Positions 47,962 through 57,104 of a DNA stretch of 64,000 nt are shown here, in pieces. The notes below the pieces were generated by a model. It made no database searches. It was not told where the DNA came from and worked only from the letters and a program-made list of their open reading frames with translations. Source of the stretch: Candidatus Heimdallarchaeota archaeon (GTDB lineage: Archaea > Asgardarchaeota > Heimdallarchaeia > Hodarchaeales > Hodarchaeaceae); the NCBI GenBank assembly GCA_020353515.1, contig CP070695.1:569622-633621 (forward strand). Reading direction: 5' to 3'. Each line of letters starts with the position of its first letter. Within the stretch, counting starts at the first letter, position 1. The position numbers and the translations under genes are program-made.

Positions 47962-48930
47962 ATGGCAATAGCAATTGAAACTAAAGGATTGACGAAAGTC
48001 TTTTCGCCTAATATTTTAGCGGTTAATCAACTTAATCTTTCTATAAAAGAGGGAGAAATATTTGCTTTCTTAGGGCCAAATGGAGCAGGAAAAACAACAA
48101 CTGTAAGATTATTAACTACTTTAATAGAACCTACAAGTGGAGACGCGGTCATAGCTGGAAGTTCCATTTTGAAAGAAAAAATAGAACTACGGAGGAACAT
48201 TGGACTCCTTAGTGAGAGACCAAACCTCTATCTTCGACTAAGTGCAAGAAAGAATTTACTCTTTTTTGCTAAAATGTATGGTCTTACCCATCAGGAAGCC
48301 TCACGACGTATTGATGAGATGTCTAGGCAGTTTGAGCTAAAAGATAGAATTGATTCTCCTGTAGGATCCTATAGTAAAGGAATGAAGCAAAAACTTGGGA
48401 TTTTACGGGCAATGATTCATTCTCCTCCCGTCATGTTTTTAGATGAACCAACATCGGGATTAGATCCTTTGGCTCAAGCAAGTGTTAGAGAAACAATAGA
48501 GAGAGCTGCAGAAGAGCTTGACACAACAATTTTTATGACAACTCACAATTTACCAGAAGCAGAAAGATTAGCTGATAAAATAGGTGTGATCAATAGAGGG
48601 GAATTATTAGTAATTGGGAGCACTTCTGAACTTCAATCAAAAGTATCAAAGACTAATAAGTTAGTAATAAAGTGTATTGAACCAGTTAGTAATTACCAAT
48701 CACTTTTCCAAAACATTGAGGGAGTTCTATCAGTTCGTTGTCACAAGAATGAGAATGCATTCGATATCGAATTGACTAACTTTAACGAAGTCACCCCACA
48801 TATCATTCGCTCTTTAGTAGAAAGAGATATTTCTATTCTAGAGGTTCGACCAACAAAGAAATCCCTTGAAGAGATTTATAAACAAATAATGGATAATTCT
48901 TATGGAGGTTGGTTTGAAAATGCAGCTTAA
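47962..48930 (+). CDS. ABC-2 type exporter ATP-binding protein
   Basis: GPNGAGKTT, YSKGMKQK, LDEPTSGLDP and TTH motifs. Confidence 0.95.
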   Translation: MAIAIETKGLTKVFSPNILAVNQLNLSIKEGEIFAFLGPNGAGKTTTVRLLTTLIEPTSGDAVIAGSSILKEKIELRRNIGLLSERPNLYLRLSARKNLLFFAKMYGLTHQEASRRIDEMSRQFELKDRIDSPVGSYSKGMKQKLGILRAMIHSPPVMFLDEPTSGLDPLAQASVRETIERAAEELDTTIFMTTHNLPEAERLADKIGVINRGELLVIGSTSELQSKVSKTNKLVIKCIEPVSNYQSLFQNIEGVLSVRCHKNENAFDIELTNFNEVTPHIIRSLVERDISILEVRPTKKSLEEIYKQIMDNSYGGWFENAA

Positions 48931-49726
48931 ACTCATTTGGTATCTAATGAAAAAGGATTGGGAAGAAGCGTTTCGATCAAAGCAAGTTGTATTATCATCG
49001 ACACTATTACCACTCTTTATGGCGGTTGGAGTTCCTTTGATACTAATGTTTTCAATGAATATGGCTCCTATGGGTTCAACAAATGTTGGACTAGACATTT
49101 TTATGGACATACTCCCTCCTGTGACTCCTGATTGGGATCAATTCACTGATCAAACTAGGATGTTGGTAATTACATCAGTTTTTGGTCAAATTTTTCTTCT
49201 GTTAGTCCCAGTTATGATTGCTTCATTTGTAAGTGCGGATACAATTGTGGGAGAAAAAGAGAGACAAACAATCGAGGGGTTGCTAGCTCTGCCTATTTCC
49301 GATTCAGATATCTTATCGGCAAAAATCGGGTCATCACTCCTTCCAATCTTAGTTCTAACATGGATCATGAGCGGTATTTATGCATTCATGGTCGATCTGA
49401 TCACTTATCCTTACCTAGAGCGGATTTTACTACCAGATCTGCGTTTTATCCTCGTTATGCTCATATTTACTCCACTCCTTGGGATTGGTACAATCACTTT
49501 TATAGTAATGATTAGTTCAAGAGTGTCAAGCACCAGAGATGCTCAACAATTGAGTGGAATCTTTGTATTACCAGCAATTGTGCTTATCGCAGGGCAACTT
49601 ATTATTGTATTAATCAATATCTGGCTATTATTAGTGGGGATCTTAATTCTTGGAGGATTTGATATTATTGCTTTCAAGTTGGCAATTACTATGTTTAATC
49701 GGGAGAAATTGATGAGTCTTACGTAA
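48920..49726 (+). CDS. ABC-2 type exporter permease
   Basis: IVGEKERQTIEGLLALP and ISSRVSSTRDAQQ motifs; start placed at MQLKL. Confidence 0.9.
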   Translation: MQLKLIWYLMKKDWEEAFRSKQVVLSSTLLPLFMAVGVPLILMFSMNMAPMGSTNVGLDIFMDILPPVTPDWDQFTDQTRMLVITSVFGQIFLLLVPVMIASFVSADTIVGEKERQTIEGLLALPISDSDILSAKIGSSLLPILVLTWIMSGIYAFMVDLITYPYLERILLPDLRFILVMLIFTPLLGIGTITFIVMISSRVSSTRDAQQLSGIFVLPAIVLIAGQLIIVLINIWLLLVGILILGGFDIIAFKLAITMFNREKLMSLT

Positions 49727-49742
49727 AAAGATAGATTTACAC

Positions 49743-50237
49743 CTATCCTCCTAAGAATCCTTGCTTTCTTAGCAAGTACACGCCCATAATTACCGCTATA
49801 GTGGTTGCTGACATGAAGCCTAGCACTAACATAATTCCGAGAATATGACCAATGGCCTCAGCAGCATCATATCCCTCAAAATCGAATGATTCTTCCCAAC
49901 TAGAACCACTATACCAGAAATATGAATAATCATATGTAGCAGTTAAATACGAGACCCGAGTGGTTGGAGAAAGACCTGTTGGATATTCAACGATATAAGA
50001 ATAGCTGAACTCGATACCAGGAGGCAAGAGATTCCAAGTTTCTGAAGTAGAACCAGAAATAATGGAAAAATTCTCCATAGGATACACATCGTTAACATCT
50101 ACATTGAATGCGGTTGTGTCCCCAGGATTCTTCACATAAATGGTTACTTTATAGTAATTCTCACCATCCATCAATACTTTCGTTACCTCTTTCTTTAGAA
50201 CTACTAATGCTCCATATTCTATACCAGAATAAAAAAT
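49743..50237 (-). pseudogene. TRAP-beta/BatD-like Ig domain plus C-terminal TM, apparently 5'-truncated
   Basis: Frame is open up to 50237 (..GALVVLRKEVTKV) with no signal peptide; VTIYVKNPGDTTAFNVDVNDVYPMENFSIISG..W..LPPG. Confidence 0.55.
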
Positions 50238-50643
50238 TCAATCCTACTTAGCTTCTTATAGTGCTCCATGAGTCTTGCCAACTTGTTTGTACTAAATTAG
50301 GATTTTTTTGGAGAAAGTATGTTTAAAAATATTATTAATCAAATTCTTTTCTTTGTTCCTATAAAAGTAGAGTAAATCCTATACACATGCCCGAGAGTAT
50401 AAGAGTAACACTTAAGATTCCTCATTCATGTTTTCTTGTTTTTCTAAACTTGTTTCATTTTTTTTGAATTATTATTAGGATGGATTTGGCATAACTGCAT
50501 ACACATGGATGTGTTTTCCTTCCCTAATGATATCTTTAAATAATGACCAAGAGGAAGAAGAGCTTGGAGTATTTCTGAAAAGCAATCCTTTTCGCTCTAT
50601 TGATATAGAATTTTTTAAAATTTTGTTATTAAATAGGTTTTTT

Positions 50644-51771
50644 GTGTTGTCGGAACCCAACTATAGTTTCACAGATCGCATCAAAGCATCCTTACGGAAG
50701 AAGGTTGCAAAAGAGGTCGATTCCTTTCAAACTTTTGATCAAGAATATAAATTATCCTCTCATCCCATCAAAAAGACATTTATCGCGATTGGTAAACTGA
50801 ATAAGGTTCATAAAGGACGAATAGGGATTGCTGAGATAGCAGAAGAAGTAGAACTATCTGAGAATGATGTCGTTTTCATTATTCAAGAGTTTATTGAACA
50901 ACGGCTTATAGAGGGCTATATTGAAGAGAATCAAACCCCTGAAGACTTAAGTGATGACCTACTCGTTTTACAACAAGATTATTACTGGTGTCAAATCGAT
51001 CAAATGGAACATGATATCTTTGAGCTCCACTTTCAATGTACTCGTTGTCTTCGCTTTATTTGCAGTGATTGTTATCAGAAAGGAAACAGTGATACATGCC
51101 CCTATTGTTCTGGATCTCTCATACCTGTTCCACGAATATTTAAGAAAGACGATGTTCAAACAACCTATGCTCCAGATAATGTAAAAGCATCGTTAAAAGA
51201 CTATTACGAGACTCAAAGGTACAATGTTTCCCGACAAGGAGTTAAGGCGGTTTCACGAAGGGTTATTGATGATTTAAAAGGGCTAAATCTGAAAGAGCGG
51301 TTATCTTATTCCATATTAAAGACTAAGACACGAACATATTTGGATTATCGAAAACATGAGAAAGCAATCTCTGAAAATGAAAAGCTTGTTATCGATACGA
51401 TTTCAGCTCTGTACGAAATAGAAGAAAGAAGTCAAATTCCAGTCAAGAGAATAGCCATAATAGCAAAGCTGGAAATAAATTTAACACATGAAATTATTAG
51501 CCGATTGATCAGTCAACAATCACTCCAAGGATTTATAGAAACGAGTGGAACGTATGATACAATAGATGATGATGTGTTGATTCTTGGTTCTGATAAATAT
51601 CATTGTGAGATTCACAATGAGGATTTACCCGTTTCCAAAGCCCACTATCAATGTACTAATTGCTTCAGGGCAGTCTGTGAGAACTGCTATTCTGAGATGA
51701 AGGACCAAGGGATGGCTAATTGTCTATTCTGTGGGAGTAGCATGACTTTCTTCCCTGATAGCTTTTCATAG
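50644..51771 (+). CDS. Tandem [PCI-like wHTH + RING-like Cys-rich Zn finger] x2 protein
   Basis: Two IxxIAxxxxL..I..FI/LI....I.G.I winged helices, each followed by Cxx(D/H)..CxxC-x4-CxxC..CxxC; start probably GTG 50644 or TTG 50647. Confidence 0.75.
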   Translation: MLSEPNYSFTDRIKASLRKKVAKEVDSFQTFDQEYKLSSHPIKKTFIAIGKLNKVHKGRIGIAEIAEEVELSENDVVFIIQEFIEQRLIEGYIEENQTPEDLSDDLLVLQQDYYWCQIDQMEHDIFELHFQCTRCLRFICSDCYQKGNSDTCPYCSGSLIPVPRIFKKDDVQTTYAPDNVKASLKDYYETQRYNVSRQGVKAVSRRVIDDLKGLNLKERLSYSILKTKTRTYLDYRKHEKAISENEKLVIDTISALYEIEERSQIPVKRIAIIAKLEINLTHEIISRLISQQSLQGFIETSGTYDTIDDDVLILGSDKYHCEIHNEDLPVSKAHYQCTNCFRAVCENCYSEMKDQGMANCLFCGSSMTFFPDSFS

Positions 51772-51872
51772 TTTCTTTACTAGATTACACTAAGATTAAT
51801 AGTAAATCTCGTTAATTGAGCTGATGACTATTCCGATGGAAAAATTACATGTAACTTTTTGGAGAGGTTCTG

Positions 51873-53774
51873 TTGTCTTTAGGTAATGAATATAGAAAGT
51901 ATGAAAAACTGAAACAAGCTTACCCAGAAAAATTTGTATCGGAAAAAAAAATTTTTAGTAATATCCATCGGGGAGACCGAATTTTTATCTCAACTGCTTG
52001 TGCTGAACCACAATACCTGATTGGTGCTCTCGCTACATATTTAGAATCACATCCCAAGGCTTTTTTCGATGCAGAAGTGTTATCATGGTGGAACTTAGGA
52101 GTTGCTCCATATGCTGAAGCACGATACCAGCAAAATTTTCGATATAACTCTTTCTTTGTAGCAAATCCTACCAGAGATTCAGTAAACATTGGTTTATCCG
52201 ATTACACCCCCATTTTTCTTTCTAACACTCCAAAATTATTTTCTAATGGCCAAGTACCCATTGATGTTGCTTTAATACAGTGCTCTCCTCCTGATGACCA
52301 TGGTTATGTAAATCTAGGTGTTTCAGTAGATATTGTCAAAGCAGCAGTTGAAAATACCTCATTAATCATTGCTCAATTAAATTCATTCATGCCTCGTATT
52401 CATGGTGATGGCTTCATTGATGTTAATGAAATTGATTATTTCATAGTACACGATGAACCAATTCTTGAATATAATCCAGTACCAACAGATGAAGACTACT
52501 ATCTTGAAATTGCTTCAAAAATTGGTAATTATGTCGCACGTCTAATTCAAGATGGTGATACTATTCAAGTGGGTTATGGTTCTATTCCTGATGCCGTCTT
52601 GTCGAACTTAAGTGAAAGGGATCTTGGAGTCCACACGGAGTTAGTTTCGGATGGACTCATAAAATTGATTAAGAATGGTATCATTAACAATTCTAAAAAA
52701 ACACTCAATCGTGGTAAAACCATTGGATCCTTCTGTATGGGGAATAAAGATACCTATGAGTTTATACATGATAATCCTTCCATTGAACTTAGAAGGATAG
52801 ACTATACCAATGATCCTTTAGTAATTGCTCGTCATGATAACATGGCAGCTATCAATAGTGCCTTACAGATTGACCTTACAGGGCAAGCTTCGGCTGAATC
52901 AATAGGAAGAACCTTTTATAGTGGAATTGGAGGACAAGCGGATTTTATGCGTGGTGCTATTCTAGCTAAAGGTGGTAAGTCGATACTAACATTACAGTCT
53001 ACTGCTGGACATGGTAAAGTATCTAGAATTGTCCCATTCCTCTCAGAAGGGGCTGGTGTTACTCTTAATCGGGGGGATATTCATTATGTAGTAACAGAAT
53101 ATGGTATTGCATACCTGCATGGGAAAAATATTCGGGAGCGTGCTATGCAGCTCATTTCAATTGCCCATCCACGATTTAGGTCTGAACTCATAAAAAAAGC
53201 CAAGCAATTCAATCTCATTTATAAAGATCAAGCTTTTGTCCCTGGTAAGAAGGGGGAGTATCCTGAGCATCTAGAAACTTGGAGAACAACGAAGAAAGGG
53301 ATGGAAATTCTCTTAAGACCAGTAAAAATAAGTGATGAGCCATTACTCAAAGACTTCTTTTATGACTTAACTGATCAATCACTGTACCGTCGATTCATAT
53401 CTGTTCGAAAAGACGTTCCCCACAGTCGTTTACAGGATTTTTGCATAATAGACTTTTCAAAAGAAATGGTAATAGTCGCTGTAATTCAAGAAGAAGCACT
53501 AGAGACCGTTGTGGGCGTCTCTCAATATGGTATTGATACGAAGTCTCATACCGCTGAAGTTGCTTTTGTTGTGAGAGATGATTATCAAAATAAAGGGATT
53601 GGAAGTGAATTAGTACATTATTTGACATATCTAGCTAAGATGATTGGACTTTTAGGTTTCACAGCTGAAGTCCTTGTAGAGAATCGAGGAATGCTGCATT
53701 TATTCGAGAAGAATTTCCCTGACTTGAATAAGAGAATTGTCGATGGTGTGTATGAGCTAAAAATGCGATTTTAG
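51873..53774 (+). CDS. Acetyl-CoA hydrolase/4-hydroxybutyrate CoA-transferase fused to a Pat-type GNAT
   Basis: HTELVSDG, SGIGGQADF and VVTEYGIA motifs; GNAT region LLRPV..AEVAFVVRDDYQNKGIG..VLVENRGML. Confidence 0.92.
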   Translation: MSLGNEYRKYEKLKQAYPEKFVSEKKIFSNIHRGDRIFISTACAEPQYLIGALATYLESHPKAFFDAEVLSWWNLGVAPYAEARYQQNFRYNSFFVANPTRDSVNIGLSDYTPIFLSNTPKLFSNGQVPIDVALIQCSPPDDHGYVNLGVSVDIVKAAVENTSLIIAQLNSFMPRIHGDGFIDVNEIDYFIVHDEPILEYNPVPTDEDYYLEIASKIGNYVARLIQDGDTIQVGYGSIPDAVLSNLSERDLGVHTELVSDGLIKLIKNGIINNSKKTLNRGKTIGSFCMGNKDTYEFIHDNPSIELRRIDYTNDPLVIARHDNMAAINSALQIDLTGQASAESIGRTFYSGIGGQADFMRGAILAKGGKSILTLQSTAGHGKVSRIVPFLSEGAGVTLNRGDIHYVVTEYGIAYLHGKNIRERAMQLISIAHPRFRSELIKKAKQFNLIYKDQAFVPGKKGEYPEHLETWRTTKKGMEILLRPVKISDEPLLKDFFYDLTDQSLYRRFISVRKDVPHSRLQDFCIIDFSKEMVIVAVIQEEALETVVGVSQYGIDTKSHTAEVAFVVRDDYQNKGIGSELVHYLTYLAKMIGLLGFTAEVLVENRGMLHLFEKNFPDLNKRIVDGVYELKMRF

Positions 53775-53900
53775 GAAATAACCAATTGATTAAAATAGTA
53801 GTATAGATGTGTATTCATACTACGAAATGAGCCTTTGTCTGAAGCGATCTGCTATAATCAGCTTCAATGTGCTCCCATTAGGTAAATTTTCGCCACACTG

Positions 53901-56060
53901 TTGCTGGTGGGTTCTAGACTGAAGGAAAAACCATCTATACAATATTTGTTTGAACCTCGATCCATTGCGATTATAGGATGCTCAACCAATCCCAATAAAA
54001 TAGGTTACAAAGTGCTAGATAACATTGTTTATAGTAAGTATCAAGGGAAGATTTATCCTGTAAATCCCAAGGGAGGAGAAATTCTAGGTATTCAATTATT
54101 TCGGTCAATAGAAGAAATTGATGGTGATGTTGACCTAGCTACAATCTGTATTCCAGCGAGATTTGTCTTTAATGCTGTTCAAGAATTAGCAACAAAGAAC
54201 TGCAAATTTCTATCAATCATTACATCAGGATTTTCTGAGATTGGTGACATTGAGGAGGAAGAGAAGATTGTAAGATTTGCACACGAAAATGGCATGCGTG
54301 TTTTAGGGCCTAATATTTTTGGGATTTATTCAACAAAATCACCAGTAAACGCGACATTTGGCGCCAAGGATATTGAACCTGGTCATGTTGCGATTGTCAC
54401 CCAAAGTGGTGCACTTGGTGTGGCTATGATTGGGAAGACCGAAACAGAAGGTATTGGCCTTTCAGCAATTGTTAGTGTTGGGAATAAGTCAGACATTGAT
54501 GAAGCTGATCTTATTGAGTATCTGATGAATGATGAATTAACAAAAGTTGTTTTACTATATATTGAGGGCATTAAAGAAGGAGAAAAACTAATTCGTATCC
54601 TCAGAAAAGCAACAAAAATAAAACCAATTATTATCATAAAATCAGGAAGATCTAAAAGAGGTGCACTTGCAGCAGCCTCACATACAGGTTCTCTAGCTGG
54701 TGAAGATAATGTCTTCTCTGATATAATGAACCAAGTTGGAGCTTTGAGAGCTTTAAGTGTTCAAGAAGCCTTAGATTGGGCAAAGTTTCTTTCTATTCAG
54801 CTTCGTTTGCCAAAAGGGGAGAATGCGGTTATTGTAACAAACGGGGGGGGAATTGGCGTCTTAGCAACAGATGCATGCGAGATGTATAAAGTTAATCTCT
54901 ATGATGATCAAGATGTACTAAAAGAAATCTTTGGACCTGTTACCCCCTCATTTGGGTCAACAAAAAATCCTGTTGACATCACAGGGGGAGCATCAAATGA
55001 TTTTTATGAACAAGCTCTCCAAGCTGCAATAGATAGTGAGGATATTCACTCAATTATTTGTTTGGGTTGTGAAACAGCTATTTTTGATTGTGACCAATTG
55101 TCCGCAGTTGTTCAAAAGAAATTTATTGAGGCCAAGCCAACCAAACCCTTAGTATTTTCATTTTTTGGTGGTTCTGATTTTGAACGTGGTCTTTTTAGTC
55201 TAAAAAGTCTGGGGGTTCCTATCTTTCCTGATGTTTATCAAGCAGTGTCATGCTTAGGGGCTGTTTATTCAAATTATCGTACACTATCTTATACAGAAGA
55301 ATTTGCTGAACACAAAGAACCAGAACTTAATATTGACATTTCAACAATTCAGGAAGTAATTCATGAGGTTAGGGAGAAAGGAAGACATTTCTTGTTAGTT
55401 CCAGAGGCAATGAGGGTGATGGAAGCTGCTGGAATTCCTATGCCTAAAAGCTATGTAGCAAAAAATATTAAAGAGGCTATCGAATTCGCAGAACAGATAG
55501 GATACCCTGTTGTAATGAAAATCGTTTCTAAAGACATAATTCATAAATCAGATGCAGGGGGCGTTGCTCTTAACTTAGAGAATCGAGAAGAAGTTATCGA
55601 CGCATATGAAGCTATTATGAATTCTTGTCTGAGTTATAAACCTGATGCAGAGATCCAAGGCGTTGAAATTGTAACCATGATTAAAATGGATGAGGCAATC
55701 GAAACCATAATTGGGGCACGTATTGACCCAATATTTGGCCTCACAGTCATGTTTGGTCTTGGAGGGATTTATGTCGAAGTGCTAAAAGATGTTGCATTTA
55801 GAGCTGTACCACTTACATGGAGAGACGCGAATGAGATGGTTAAACAGATTCGATCCTATCCGCTCCTATTAGGCGTACGTGGTGAAGCTAGGAAGGATAT
55901 TGAGGGCTGCATCGAGGTTGTAATGCGACTAAGCAAAATTATTCAAACAATTCCTGATATCTCTGACATTGAAATTAATCCCTGTTTAGCTTTTGAACAG
56001 GCAAAAGGCGTTCTCTGTGTGGATGCCCGAATTCTACTCACTCCTCCATCTATTAGGTGA
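53901..56060 (+). CDS. ADP-forming acyl-CoA synthetase (fused alpha-beta ACD)
   Basis: GPN, QSGALG, SVGNK, SHTGSL (phospho-His), NPVD, HKSDAGGV and IEINP motifs. Confidence 0.95.
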   Translation: MLVGSRLKEKPSIQYLFEPRSIAIIGCSTNPNKIGYKVLDNIVYSKYQGKIYPVNPKGGEILGIQLFRSIEEIDGDVDLATICIPARFVFNAVQELATKNCKFLSIITSGFSEIGDIEEEEKIVRFAHENGMRVLGPNIFGIYSTKSPVNATFGAKDIEPGHVAIVTQSGALGVAMIGKTETEGIGLSAIVSVGNKSDIDEADLIEYLMNDELTKVVLLYIEGIKEGEKLIRILRKATKIKPIIIIKSGRSKRGALAAASHTGSLAGEDNVFSDIMNQVGALRALSVQEALDWAKFLSIQLRLPKGENAVIVTNGGGIGVLATDACEMYKVNLYDDQDVLKEIFGPVTPSFGSTKNPVDITGGASNDFYEQALQAAIDSEDIHSIICLGCETAIFDCDQLSAVVQKKFIEAKPTKPLVFSFFGGSDFERGLFSLKSLGVPIFPDVYQAVSCLGAVYSNYRTLSYTEEFAEHKEPELNIDISTIQEVIHEVREKGRHFLLVPEAMRVMEAAGIPMPKSYVAKNIKEAIEFAEQIGYPVVMKIVSKDIIHKSDAGGVALNLENREEVIDAYEAIMNSCLSYKPDAEIQGVEIVTMIKMDEAIETIIGARIDPIFGLTVMFGLGGIYVEVLKDVAFRAVPLTWRDANEMVKQIRSYPLLLGVRGEARKDIEGCIEVVMRLSKIIQTIPDISDIEINPCLAFEQAKGVLCVDARILLTPPSIR

Positions 56061-56066
56061 ATTAAA

Positions 56067-57104
56067 TTGAAAAAAATTATTATGGCAAGTACAAGTAAAG
56101 AAGCAGGTAAAACAAGTATTATTGTAGGTTTAGCTAAAGCTTTAAATAAAAAAATTGGCTATATGAAGCCCTTTGGCGATCGCCTCCTCTATCAAAAGAA
56201 ACGTCTTTGGGATTATGATTCTGCTCTAATCACAAACGTGTTAGAGTTAGATGAAACACCAGAGGATATGTCGCTTGGTTTTGCTCACTCAAAACTTCAC
56301 TTCATGTATGATGAATTATCTACAAAAGAGAAGTTACAAGAAATCACAAATAATGTTAGTAGAGATAAAGACATCATTTTTATTGAAGGTGGGAGAAACT
56401 TGAGTTATGGCCGTTCAGTTCATCTTGATCCTTTAACTGTAGCGAGGAGTACAGGAGCTCAATTAATCTTGGTTTTTAGTGGCCCTGACGAATCGATCAT
56501 CGATGATATAACCTTTTTCACTAAATGCGTCAATACACAAGATGTTGATTTTCTCGGTGTTATTATAAACAAAATTAAAGACATTGAAAACTTTAAGGAG
56601 CTTCATTTAGATACTTTTAACGAATTAGGCGCAAAGGTTCTTGGAATTATACCACACAAGAAAGAATTAACTCATTTTTCCATGGATTATCTAAACCGAT
56701 CCTTGATGGCAAAAATTCTTGCAGGTGAAAAGGGTCTTCAAAATAAAGTCGAACGCGTTTTTGTTGGTGCAATGTCAGCTGCTCATGTCACTAAAAGGCC
56801 ACTTTGGTCTTTAGAAAACAAGTTAATTATTACTCCCGGTGACCGCGCTGATATGATACTTGCTGCCTTAGAATCATCTACTGCAGGGATTGTTCTTACC
56901 AATAATATACTCCCCTCTGATCCAATTATTGAATCAAAAGCTAATATGGCAAATATCCCATTACTATTGGTTTCGACAGATACTTTTGCCACAGCGAAAC
57001 ACATTGATGATATGGAGATTACATTCACCAAAGATGAAACAGATAAGATCACCTTACTAGAAGAACTCGTAAAAGAGAATATAGATTTAAGTGTCTTCTT
57101 CTAA
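56067..57104 (+). CDS. BioD-like P-loop + DRTGG protein (phosphotransacetylase N-terminal regulatory module, no catalytic PTA domain)
   Basis: AGKT, GYMKPFG, IEGG, VGAM and ITPGDRAD motifs. Confidence 0.88.
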   Translation: MKKIIMASTSKEAGKTSIIVGLAKALNKKIGYMKPFGDRLLYQKKRLWDYDSALITNVLELDETPEDMSLGFAHSKLHFMYDELSTKEKLQEITNNVSRDKDIIFIEGGRNLSYGRSVHLDPLTVARSTGAQLILVFSGPDESIIDDITFFTKCVNTQDVDFLGVIINKIKDIENFKELHLDTFNELGAKVLGIIPHKKELTHFSMDYLNRSLMAKILAGEKGLQNKVERVFVGAMSAAHVTKRPLWSLENKLIITPGDRADMILAALESSTAGIVLTNNILPSDPIIESKANMANIPLLLVSTDTFATAKHIDDMEITFTKDETDKITLLEELVKENIDLSVFF

